From assembly GCA_951406725.2 (NCBI GenBank), contig OX597831.1, forward strand, positions 60,822,001-60,886,000: a stretch of DNA of 64,000 nucleotides, in the 5' to 3' direction. The translations under genes and the position numbers were made by a program. The DNA comes from Octopus vulgaris. Lineage: Eukaryota. Positions 26,546 through 38,480 of the stretch are shown piece by piece (the stretch's first letter is position 1; each line of letters begins with the position of its first letter). The notes under the pieces are model-generated. The model worked only from the letters and a program-made list of their open reading frames with translations, had not been told where the DNA came from and searched no databases.

Positions 26546-28493
26546 CCGAATCGATCAATTGTGGTTAACTAACTTCTCTTACATGTGCCATGCCCACAGT
26601 CTTCAGTGGGATATGAAGCTCCACAGGCATCCTCTCTAACATATGCTCGCATTTTATTTGGCTGCAATTTTTATAGATATCTGGTAAGGCCACCGAGCAT
26701 CTTCTATTTTTCATTACCTCAGCTTCTCTTGTCAAAAATCCCTCAAATTTTCTCTTTTCATTTACCAAAGGAACTTAGATTATTCTCTTCTCTTGTACTT
26801 GAAAAATATTCTGGTTCTTTTGGCCTCTCCGGGAACATCAAGACCATCATTCTGTCGGCATAGCATCTTCATCAATCATCTAAGGAGCATATCCCTACAA
26901 CATTTAAGATTTGTATGAGTCCTTTTTGTTTTCTTTTATTACATTTCATCATCTTATACAGCCAGATATTTTTTTTAAATTTAATTGTTTAATTTAATTT
27001 TGTATGGGTATTAAAATGCCTGATGAACAATTATCATTTGTATTATAATCCTCATTCTTTGTCTGATCGTGTATATTTTTCATGACCTTATTTAGCTCTT
27101 GGGATTTCTTACTCATGACACATTTGATCTCACATAGCTGTCATTTCTTACAACTTACATTTCTTACAACCTACTTTGCCATTTTAATCTCTGGCCATAT
27201 GCATATTAACACAATTTTTACTAAATGTGAATTTCTTAACTGGGTTGCACAAGGAACAGATCGAAACTTATGCTAGCTCAATCAGCCATATAAGGTTGAA
27301 GTAACAATATATGAAGTAGAAGTTTCTTCTACAAAACCAAAACTTGACAGAGTGCAAAAAATTTTAGACATGATTGAATGTAAATGTATGCGAGGACACT
27401 CGAATGGTCTTTTTCTTTTCAAGTTGAAATATCATTGATTTTTGGAACATTCAGATTGGAGTTGGAATCGTAAAGTCGACATCATGATCCTTCCACGTGA
27501 TTTTAGTGAGGAGTTCAACTCACTCTTTGACAAAATACAACCAATTTCTTCAAGAGTGGATGAGAATGAAAGAAAGACAAACAGAAAAAGAAAGAAGGAA
27601 GGAAGAAACGAGAGTATGGGACAGAAGGGAATTTACTACTAATAATTTATTGAAAACAGAATGAAGAAACGTAAATGTTGATTTCAACCGCTTCCTGTGT
27701 TCTAAGTTTTCAAATTATAAGAGAAAAAAAAAGAACTGTCGACACAAATAGCGCAAGCCATTTTCCTTCTAGTGGCTCGTCCAACTCCCTGTCGATTTAT
27801 AATAGTGTTAATATACCACTTTTGCAGGATACTCTTTAACCTGTCCGGTATTTCATATCAGCATGGCAAACCAATATGCTCTATGTTTCTTATATTTCTT
27901 ATCCATTGCCCAGTAGATGTAGTGTGTATGTTAATGAGTTTTAATTTTTTATCACTTAATATAATGTTGCATTATGCTGGTTTTCTACAATTTGATATAT
28001 AGAGTTGGTTTGCACGGTTCGGTATGCTCCTTAAAATATTAAATTATTTTGGAGGTGAATATTCATCAAGTGAAGCAGTTCATCAGAGGTGTTTCAAACA
28101 AGGTTTTATCTGAACGTTTGTGTATAGCAATTTCCAAATTATTGCTTAATAGCTTCAACAAAGATATGTACTAAGATAGAAATGAGAATGTTTCTCCAAT
28201 AATCTCATAAGTGTACTTCACAAACTTAGCAGCACTTAGTGTATTTATCAGTATCAATGGCTATTAATGCATGATCTCTTCTATTTTGAAAAACGTTTAG
28301 CATTGTTCATAATCTTATGTATATAGAGAGAAGGTTTATAAACAGGTGTGTGAGATTCAGTGTTCATAAAGATTATATTTTTTTTTAAGGAGAGCCAATC
28401 CACTTACCGTATAACGTCTGTTGTTTAGCAAAATTTAATATCAAATTATGTTAACAGCCTATACTATGTATAGAAATGCTGAAAGTAATGTCA

Positions 28494-28548
<55 letters not shown>

Positions 28549-28614
28549 CATTATTATTAATATTATCATTATTATTATTATTATTATCATTATTATTATT
28601 ATTATTATCATCAT

Positions 28615-28765
28615 GTTTTTTCTTCTTTCTTCAAATTTTCTTCCGTTTCTCGCCGAGTTTTTTCCATACACCTAGGGCAGAGAACCTCATTGTATGTATT
28701 CCCAGATTACACACGTAAATTCACAGACAAAATATGTATTTAAAAATTAATAAATAAATAAATTC
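28615..28765 (-). mobile_element. Dong/R4-type 3' UTR remnant with (AAT)n tail
   Basis: cgtttctcgccgag..cacctagggcagaga parallels cgttttcttgccgag..cacctacggcagaga at 28845-28885. Confidence 0.6.
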
Positions 28766-28824
28766 ATGGTTGGATGTTGTTTTTGTTGTTGTTGTTGTTG
28801 TTGTTGTTGTTATTATTATTATTA

Positions 28825-29745
28825 TCTTCTTTCAGTGCTGGTTCGTTTTCTTGCCGAGTGTCTTCCTGACACCTACGGCAGAGAAACGCACTGTATACAT
28901 TGGTATGCCATTAAATTAAACACACCCGATTCTTCATTTACACAGTTCTTTGATACAGGAAAATGGGAAGAAACACAGGCAGAAAATGGCAAAAATAAAA
29001 ATGTAAATAAACAAAATAAATGGGAAGAAAGGAAAGAAAATTCAGAGATAATGATATTCTCAGTACGTGTGACGTACCAGTTAAGACAATCTTCTGCACC
29101 TCTTGCGTTGATGGTAAGCCTGGAATCATTCTTTAAAAACTTTCAGTTCCTTTTATATCATTCCAAGTGCTCATACAACCACTGGTATTATTACCGTCTT
29201 GAGATGCCACATCTTTCCGATTTCGATTAACAAGTCTTTGTATTTTCTGAGCTTATCAAATTCTTTTGCCGAGATATTATGATTACAGGTTTTGCTCATG
29301 TCAGTCAATAGACATATGCTATTGTGATCGTCTTTCATAACAATATCTGGTTTGTTTGCATTGATGGTCCGGACTGTACATACTACAAAATCCCAAAGAA
29401 TCGTTATATTTTCTCTCTCAATTACAGATCCAGTGTGGTGCTTCTACCATTTGTCAGTAGTTTTTTTATGTTATAATGCCGACTCATTATCCAATGTACA
29501 TATTGGCCAACTCTGTCATATCCTGAGTTGTACTCTGCAAGTTTTACAACCTGACATCCAGAGATTAGGTGGTCCACTGTTTCAATCCCATTGAAATCCA
29601 TGCAGTATTGACACTTTGGCTCTCCACCATTTTTCGTCACATTTGCTTGATGGTTCCGGGTCAGTAAGCTCTGATCTTGACCAGGCAAGATAAATCGTTC
29701 ACTCTCTGCCTTTAGCCCTATGATCCATAGCTACTTGTTTGCAAC
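28825..29745 (-). mobile_element. Dong/R4-type 3' fragment (CCHC + RLE + 3' UTR)
   Basis: QDQSLLTRN, KCQYC..ETVDHLISGC, WDFV..ANKPDIV..LTDMS, KYKDL.IEI.KMWHLKT, VQKIVLTGTSHVLR. Confidence 0.88.
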
Positions 29746-29781
29746 GAGATACATGTTTTCCATTTATTAATATTATTGTTT

Positions 29782-29985
29782 TACGTTTGACTTTTTGCTT
29801 TACATTTTTACAAGTTGGCTCCAAGTCTCACCCAGAGACCTCAAGAAACAACAAGTTGGAAGTTCAAGTTGGTGTTATGCCTTGGTGCCATATATTTGGT
29901 TTTGTGGTTTTGTACTTAGTGTTGTACTAGTGAATGCCTTAAAAAGCTTATTATTATCATTATTATTATTATTATTATTATGTTA

Positions 29986-30026
<41 letters not shown>

Positions 30027-30174
30027 TATGTTTGACTTTTGATTTGCATTTGTATAAGTTGGCTCCAAGTCTCACCCAGAGACCTCAAGAGACAACAAGT
30101 TGGAAGTTCATGTTGGTGTTATGCCTAGGGTGCTATATATTTGGTTTTGTACTTAGTGTTGTACTAGTGAATGC

Positions 30175-30177
<3 letters not shown>
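29782..30177 (-). mobile_element. Two tandem 3'-UTR-like copies separated by (ATT)n
   Basis: aagttggctccaagtctcacccagagacctcaag..gtactagtgaatgc occurs at 29782-29945 and 30027-30177. Confidence 0.7.
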
Positions 30178-30227
<50 letters not shown>

Positions 30228-30267
30228 TATTATTATTATTATTATTATTATCATTTTCTTATTTTAT

Positions 30268-30595
30268 CACGTGCTTTCACTGCACCACCGAGGCAGTTCC
30301 ACACTTGTAACAATCTTTTTTCAGCCATGTTGGTAATTGAGTGCTGTTACTTCCAAGTGCATCAATTACTATTGGTATCACGTCTACTCTCTTCATTGAT
30401 CGCAGCCATCTTATTTCCCACTTCTTCGTTCACATTGATCCTGTTGTTACCAGGGCATGCCATGTCCATTATCACGTGTCTGGACGGGTGATCATACTAG
30501 ATCATTGCATTCCACAGGATTTTAAAATTCTCATTTTCGGTGACACTTTATGGAGTTTTCTCGTACCAGGTGATCTTCCCAGAGCTGCCACTTGA
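30268..30595 (-). mobile_element. Dong/R4-type RLE fragment
   Basis: WYEKTP.SVTENENFKILW..IMDMACPG..VDVIPIVIDALG. Confidence 0.75.
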
Positions 30596-30707
30596 TTATT
30601 ATTGTTGTTGTTGTTGTTGTTGTTATTATTTTTATTTTTATTATTATTATTATTGTTGTTGTTGTTGTTATTATTATTATTATTATTCAGTAGTTTTATT
30701 ATTATAT

Positions 30708-31222
30708 TGTGCTTTCACTTCACCACCGAGCACAGCTCTGTCTGCCTTGGGTATGTGCTGTGGTTTGTTGTGATGCACTTATGGTTACTGTATTGAAAGT
30801 AGTTTGCGTAGAATGTGTGCAGTGCCCAGTAGTGCAATTTTCTGTATGTTATATGTGTTTGTAAGTCCTGGTGCTTTTGTTATGCATTTGTCAGAATATT
30901 TTTTTATCATACCTAATGCGCCTACTATGATATGAATTGTTTCTGCTTTTATATTCCACATTCGAGTTACCTCTATTTCTAGGTCTTTGCATTTTGAAAG
31001 TTTCTCCATTTCTTTTAGAAAATCGTTGTCATCTATTGGTATTGATACATCAAGTAGAAAGCATTATCTCTGACAACTATATCTGGCCTATTGGCCTTTA
31101 TTTCTCTCTGTCTGTGTATTGGCATGTCCCAGAGTATGGTTGCTTTCTGGTTTTCTGTGATGTTTCCTGGGGTGTGCCAATACCATCTATTTTCTGTTGC
31201 TATTCCATAGTGTTTGCATAGC
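30708..31222 (-). mobile_element. Dong/R4-type RLE 3' fragment
   Basis: WYWHTP..ILWDMPIH..ANRPDIVV and EKLSKCKDLEIEVTRMW..IIVGALG..IQKIALLGTAHILRK. Confidence 0.88.
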
Positions 31223-31292
31223 TTCATTATTGTTATTATTATTATTGTTATTATTATTATTGTATTATTATTATTAAATATTATTATTATTA

Positions 31293-31324
<32 letters not shown>

Positions 31325-31544
31325 GTTATTATTATTATCATCATCATCATCATCAACATCATCATCATTTCTGGTTTCCTTTCACTATAACTTTATTTTA
31401 GCTGCCTTAGTACCTGGCGTCCTCCGAACTCCAAGTGTAGCAAGGGCCCTTTTGTCTTGATATGCAGGCTAAAATTATCAGCGTAATTATTCCTATGAGC
31501 GCATGTGTTAGCTGTTCACAGCCAGCAGACTAAGGTGACACTTT

Positions 31545-31915
31545 TTAATGGTCATGCTTCAAGAAGCCTGCGAAGAATTCATGCAGTTCCAAGCAATGCT
31601 GATTTTTGTAGGTCTTCTACCTTCACACTTGCACCGTTCTTTTTCAGTCATATTGGCAGTTGAGTGTTGATACAACCAAATGCATCAATACTATTGGTAT
31701 CACGTCTACTCTCTTCATTGACTACAACCATCGTACTTCCCACTGCAAATCCTCATAGTTTTTTTTCTTCTTTCACATTGATCTACATCCTTGCCACATT
31801 TCCATGACGTATTTTGTATTCGATTCGCGTTGTACCAATTTTGGGCATTCTCTAACGATATACCATACCGTTTTACCCCTCTTACCAAACATTCTACATT
31901 TGTCGCTATCTGTAG
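31545..31915 (-). mobile_element. Dong/R4-type fragment
   Basis: Shares attggtatcacgtctactctcttcattga with 30370-30400; QKSALLGTA motif on the minus strand. Confidence 0.65.
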
Positions 31916-32024
31916 TGTTGTCTATTCTACACTTCATATAGTTGGTCTCTCTCTCTTTCCTTCTCTCTCTCTCTCTCTATCTATCTAACTTTTTACTACC
32001 ACTCTTTATGTCTTTCGGTCTCTT

Positions 32025-32313
32025 TCTCTCTCCCTCTCTCACTTTATTCACTACTTTTGAAGATTACTTGTTTGTTCAAATCGTAAAATTCTTCAGCCGA
32101 AATCACACATTCACAGACCAATTCAAACAGTAAACTAGTTTTTCGTTAGATTCAGATTAACTTCAAACGCTCCATCTCTCCCTCCTTCCCTCTTTCACTT
32201 TATTCTATAATTTTGAAGATTACTTGTTGACATCGTAAAATTCTTCAACCGAGAACACATTTTCGCAGACCACTTCAAACAGTAAGCTAATTTTTTGCTA
32301 TATTCAGATTAAC
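32025..32313. repeat. Tandem duplication of about 150 bp (2 diverged units)
   Basis: ttttgaagattacttgtt..atcgtaaaattcttca..ttcaaacagtaa..ttcagattaac occurs twice. Confidence 0.85.
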
Positions 32314-34275
32314 GCTTCTCCTTCTGTCTCTGGTTAAATCTTAAATGTACAAGTGAGCAGTGATGAACGTTACAGTAGGCACCTTCTCTGGTCGGTTATG
32401 CGACTGCCCTATTCATCCCCTCTACCATTTTCCCTGATGTTCAATAGCTACCTACCTCGCTCTCGTGTCTCCACCCGCACTTAAGCAGTCCTCATATTCT
32501 CCCTTTCAATATGAATGAATTATACAGAACATGTGTTAAACAGCTTTCTTCCCAACCCAGATGATCTTTTTCTTTTCCTTATATCTATTTTTTCTGTCCC
32601 TTTCTCTCTATATATCCCTTCTACTAGCTGCTTTTTTAAAACTTTCTGTCAACGACGGAGTAGTGAGGGTTGTTGAACGCCCATCACTTATAAAATGCCC
32701 GAATGGCCTGCGTCTTGTGTTCCTGCCTTTAGGCTTTCACTCCATACACGCTCGCTCAATTTGAATCGTTCTCAGTCGAAAGACACCTGTTGATACAATT
32801 ATTATCAGAAAATAGGGAAAATTCTGGCCAACAAATCTCTACAGAGAGTCGAAACATGGACCTCACAAAATACAGCTCAGAGCTCCATACCATGAATCTA
32901 AAAGACCCCTGACAACCGGTACTGTCTTTTTTACAATGCTAAATAGTAGCTTCTGGAATGTGAGAATATTTTGTAAACAAATTTTGAAGCGTCGTATGAT
33001 TGGGTATTTATGAAAATATGAAGGATTTCTCGAATGCAGTCACGCTGTAACACTAGCTTAGAAACATACTCTTAGAAATGTGACCAGTAAGCCATGTAAG
33101 TGTATATGTGTGCGTGCATTTTCTGTGTGTCTGTGTAAGTGTGTTTGTTTGTGTGTCTTTGCGTGCGCGTGAGTGTGCGTGTGTTTGTGTGTTTGTATGA
33201 AGCATTCAAAATCACGCACTCGATTATATATATTTACATCTGGCTGGAAATATGATCAAATTCATTAAGGCCTGCTACTAAGACATCATTGTGATTTAAT
33301 TTGCTTCAGAAATAATGAGACATACAATTGCATTAAAAAAATAATGTGCCTGTTCAAGGTTGGATCTTGTGTGTAAGATATTCACTGTCATCTGTACGCT
33401 TCTGCAATTAACCTAGATATTTCGTTCATGATTATTGAATAGGAGGCGGGGCCCCTAATAAAATGTAGCAATACAAAATGATGAGACAATACTTGCAATG
33501 TGATGATTTCAAACAGGTAGGGGGAGAATATAACTAGAAATCAGATGTTACTCATTCTCCATACTTTCTATATTTATTTTAGGCATTTGTTTTCTTGTAT
33601 CATCTTAAGTATGGTTGTTTTATGTTAAGATATATTTATTACAGGCTGTTCAATAACTAACACACGCACTGAGTGCATTTCTTCCCATTGGTTATACATA
33701 TCTGCATATGCGTCATTTTTGTTTCCTTTACTTGTTTCATTCAGAGAAAGCAACACTAATTAGTATTGCATTTTTTAGTCATTGAATTTGTAATCCAATG
33801 ACTTGGCCTTAGTATTTATTTTCTTTTAAACCAGGTGCTTGTAAGTATGGAGCAAGCGAGTACAATATATAATTGCCAAGAATTGGGGATGTGTCTGTAT
33901 GTATGTTTCTCTGTATATTTCCATGTGTGTATGTTTGAAAATTAAATATCTGATTACAGATGTGAGTCGTTTGCAATGACACAATGAAAGAGAATTTATT
34001 TTTTTAAAGTTTGTTTCTCATCTATTTACTAGCCCTGAAACCGATGTAGGTCATTGGTAATTGAATGGGTTTGTCTTGATTGATATCCTGCCTCGCCTAA
34101 TATGGCGGAAATATCTGAAAACTGAAATAAATCTTGATTGTAAATTCCAAGAGAAATAGAAACGAGGTTTCGATTCTTAGCTACAAGTCTGTTGTATGTA
34201 TACACAATTTTCAAATGTACAATTTTTAAACACTGAAATCGATCCGTTCGCATTCTTAATATCTAAATCCTTTAA

Positions 34276-34490
34276 AGCAGTGAGCTAGCAGAATCGTTAA
34301 GCAGGCCGAACAAAATTTTTAGCTGTATTTCAACCGTCTTTACGTTCTGAGTTCAAATTCCTCCAAGGGCGACTTTGCACTTCGTCATTTCGGGAGTCAA
34401 TGAAATAAATTCCAGTTGAGTCCTGGGGGCCAAATAATAGACAAATCTCCTTTCTCGAAATTGATGTCCTGCCAAAATTTTAAATCAATA
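34276..34490 (+). mobile_element. Family-A SINE
   Basis: gagctagcagaatcgtta..gttctgagttcaaattcc..gactttgc. Confidence 0.8.
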
Positions 34491-34505
34491 CTTAAATCCT
34501 TGGGC

Positions 34506-34826
34506 GGATCTTTTCCTTTTGAACGGCAGTTTTCAACACAATTTCTAGTTAACTAAACACTTTTAAACTTCGTATACTGGTAGAATGTGTTTATAAAACA
34601 TCATTTTTTCTTGGCTTTATTGAGACAATTATATATGTTGTAACATATTTCCACTTTAAAATCGAGCTTTTCCGCAATCAAATCGAGCTTTTAACCAATC
34701 AAATACGTCCATTTGCAGTCAAAACATACCGTGCTGTATGAATATGTCCCTCAGAAACAGATTGGGTTTATTTACATTTGCGAAAAAAAAAGATACCCTT
34801 CCCTCACCCCTAACCCTAACCCTAAC
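34506..34826. mobile_element. Truncated second copy of the TTAGGG-containing MITE (opposite orientation)
   Basis: Starts with TIR ggatcttttccttttgaacggcagtttt; body is the reverse complement of 15730-16045; ends in (ccctaa)n. Confidence 0.88.
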
Positions 34827-34959
34827 TAATAAGGAATGGGCGCATCAGTTAACACAATATGCCGTGTCAATTTCAAGTAATCGTTCCTATAAAATTCATG
34901 CTTATGTTTCACTCCTATAGAAAAATTCAATTAGCTTTTTGCTCAACGTAATATTCCTT

Positions 34960-35325
34960 TCTACTATCAGCAGAGGGCTTGAAATTATAGGGGAGTGTGT
35001 AAGTCGATTACACCAACCCCACTGTTTCAACGTTACTTAATTTCTCTATTTCGAAAGGATGACAAGCAAATTCGACCCCGGCGGTATTCGAACTCAGAAC
35101 GTAACAGCAGACGAAATAGCTATTTCTTTACTACCCACAAGGGGCTAAACACAGAGGGAACAAACAAGGACAGAAAAACGAATTAAGTCGATGATATCGA
35201 CCCCAGCGCGTAACTTATTTGCTCGACCCCGAAAGGATGAAAGGCAAAGTCGACCTCCGCGGAATTGGAACTCAGAACCTAGCGGCAGACGAAATACCGC
35301 TATACATTTCCTCCGGTGTGCTAAT
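34960..35325 (-). mobile_element. Family-A SINE dimer
   Basis: Two cgaaaggatga..aactcagaac..cagacgaaata units. Confidence 0.8.
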
Positions 35326-35941
35326 CACTCAATGTAAAATTAATATCTTGTATTCTATTATTTTTACCATTGCAAAATACAAGGGAGCTCTAATCAATTT
35401 AAACTCAACACAGTGTTGCAGCCGTGTTACGCGAGACTATAATTATAAAAATAATTACAGCATACATTAATAACAAAACTGAGACGCCAGTGTGTTCGTT
35501 AATGCCCCACAGTTAATAAAACAAAGAATCAATGACCAATCTATTTAAAGCAATATTTAATAAACTGGCATTTAGAAATTAGATATTAACCGTAGATATT
35601 TGACAGTCAAACACATTTTGGAATTTAAAATCGACCAGTTTAATCCTTAACATGTGTTCTGATTTTGGCACATGATCAGTAATTTTAAGGAGATCCATTA
35701 CTCAACTACAACCTGTTTTACGCCCTCAAATAAGGAAATGCAAATTTGTCCGCAGTGACATTTGAACCCAGAATGTAAAGAACCGAATGAAATGTCGCTA
35801 ATCATTTTATGTAGCGCGCTAAAAATTGCTATCTATCTGCTTCAATATACCATTAATAGAAAATAGAAAATACCACGCTTTGCAAAATTTTACACACGTA
35901 TGAGAATATGTTCAATGATTGAAACATTTAACTCATATAAG

Positions 35942-36525
35942 AAGGCGGCGAGCTGGCAGAAACGTCAGCGCGCTGGGCGAAATGCTAAGCAGTATTTCGT
36001 CTGCCGCTACGTTCTGAATTCAAATTCCGCCGAGGTCAACTATGCCTTCCGTCCTTTCGGGGTCGATTAAATAAGTACCAGTTACGCACTGGGGTCGATG
36101 TAAGCGACTTAATACCTATGTATGTCCTTGTTTGTCCCCTCTGTGTTTAGTCCCTATGTGGGTAATAAAGAAATAGGTATTTCGTCTGCCGCTACGTTCT
36201 GAGTTCAAATTCCGCCGAGGTCGACTTTGCCCTTCGTCCTTTCGGGGTCGATTAAATAAGTACCAGTTACGCACTGGAATCGATGTACTCGATTTAATCC
36301 GTTTGTCTGTCCTAGCTTGTCCCTTCTGTGTTTAACCCCTTGTGGGTAGTAAAGAAATAAGTATTTCGTCTGGTTTTACGTTCTGAGTTCAAATTTCGCC
36401 GAGGTCGACTTTGCCTTTCATCCTTAGTAGGTCGATAATTTAAGTACCAGTTGCGTACTGGGGTCGATCTAATCGACTGGAATCCGCCTCTAAAATTTCG
36501 GACCTTGTGCCTAGAGTAGAAAAAC
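35942..36525 (+). mobile_element. Family-A SINE trimer (one head, three bodies)
   Basis: Head aaggcggcgagctggcagaaacg; gtatttcgtctg units start at about 35991, 36177 and 36361. Confidence 0.9.
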
Positions 36526-37755
36526 ATTTAACTCTTATGATTATTTTTCTCTAATCACCAACTACTTACTCAAAAGTCAACATCGAAACCCTACACACCC
36601 TGACACACCTAGCACATGTAAACAGAACTAGCATTTAATATTATCTAATTTTTACTTATAACGTACCACTCACAAACTCTCATATCGAGACAATCTCAAC
36701 TCATCAAGTAACACTTTATATATTTCAGCTTTATTTTAAGCGATTGAAATATTTCATAGAGTTTCGCAATGAATTAAAACTAACGATTTGAATAAAATTA
36801 GAAATGTAATGTAACGTTACTGATGCTAGTAAATAAAGAAATAGTCTGTGGTATGAAAACATAGAGTCAATTAAGGCCCCCCAATTAATTCCTTTTATTT
36901 GTTTTTAAGTTGGAGCCAATAGATTTATGAAATAAGAATGAATTTATAACATTATTTTCAGTTTTTCTTAATTTCATTCAGTTTATTTTCTTATTTCCTC
37001 ATTTGCTAATGTAACTAAATGAATAATATATAACGAATAATAAATAATTTGTTCTAGATTATATATATGAGGCTGGAAAGAAAGTTCTGTCAAAATTTTG
37101 ATATTAACATATTGAGGGTACTTTTACCATACTTATAGAAATATAAGTATTAACATCTAAATTTTGTCTTTTATTTCTTTGATTATTAATTTATAACGTT
37201 ATGTTTAAATTCGTTTTAATCTTTTAAAAAAAGTTTAGATCAAAATCATATTAGCTACTGATACTGAAATAATTTAAAATTGGCTTTTAAGCAATGGAAG
37301 CGGCAAAATATTCATTCTGTCTGTGGAAATGAAGTCTTAATTATACGGGCATACCAAAGATTGTTTGGCCAGTTTGATTCGGAAATATTTAAAAATACAG
37401 CTAACTTGAAGTCATATTTTTATCATAGCATTTTCATGTGTATATTTGTAAGTATCTGTATAAATGAATGTTTGAGTGCGTGTCTGTGTGTGTTTTATAA
37501 TCTAACACCAAGAACTGCCTCAAACGTCTATAACACTACTAACGTTACAAAAGGGAAGAACGACTATTGGAGATTGCAATATTAACGTGCGTCTTACTTT
37601 AAAATTTTGATGATCAAACCGGTCAATATGCAGGGAAGTGATACAGTGATGAGATAATCACTCATTATAATTCTTATATACACTCCTCGTATGTATATAT
37701 ATGTCTGTGTGTGTGTGTAAGTATATATATATATATATATTTATTTATTTATTTA

Positions 37756-37955
37756 TGTCACGTCGAACTAGAGAGCTACTGGTAACATGTAATCCTGTAC
37801 AACCTGTCGCGTGGTCGGGTCGTCGGCGACTAAACTGGCAACCCCACCAGGCTTGCTTGGTAAGGGGGGCGTTGCTGGACACCCTGCAGGATGAAAAATA
37901 TGACCCGTGAAAGGACAGACGAACTCCTGAACAGTCGACGCCTATCCAACAAAAT
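37756..37955 (+). mobile_element. Orphan RTE-like 5' UTR fragment in (TA)n
   Basis: GC-rich island with ggacaccctgcagga..aaaggacagacgaactcctga; resembles RTE 5' UTRs as recalled, not verified by search. Confidence 0.45.
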
Positions 37956-37960
37956 ATCTT

Positions 37961-38005
<45 letters not shown>

Positions 38006-38404
38006 TTGGTATTTAAATCTTACTTTATATTTTTTAATTGCATATAATTTACTTTTTATATTTATATATATTATTTATATATGTTATTTATATATAATTC
38101 TTCTTTAATTCTTAGTCACAAATCGAACCTTTTTTATATGTATATATATGTATATTTTTACTTTTATATACATAATTATTTATACTTATTGCACATCTTT
38201 TACTTGCTTATACTTATATCAATATTATTTATATTTAATTCTTATTTACATTTGCAAATCACATATCGTACTTCCTTTTATTTTCTTATGTATTAATGAA
38301 CTACTATGCGTCGGTCCCTGGTGTGATATTTGATCACTTAATAGTGTGTGAGTGTCGGTTTGTTATCTGGAATGGGCTTGCGTACCTCCTGGGCAGGGAG
38401 AAGC

Positions 38405-38480
38405 TCTTTAACTCTTTTACTCTTTTACTTTTTTACTTGTTTCAGTCATGTGACTGTGGCCATGCTGGAGCACCAACCTT
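38405..38480 (-). mobile_element. CORE-SINE tail inserted in the RTE 5' UTR
   Basis: (ctctttta)n..cttgtttcagtcatgtgactgtggccatgctggagcacc. Confidence 0.8.

Noticed and set aside
32640-32915. TATA promoter (tataaaa near 32689) with a short ORF
   Set aside because: The motif is common in AT-rich DNA and the ORF is only about 18 codons with no supporting gene structure.
34800-34826. Telomere or chromosome fusion scar
   Set aside because: Only a few CCCTAA units, and they are part of the MITE also present at 15625-16045.
35942-36525. CRISPR-like or satellite array
   Set aside because: The units are SINE bodies of about 185 bp with no unique spacers, in a eukaryotic context.
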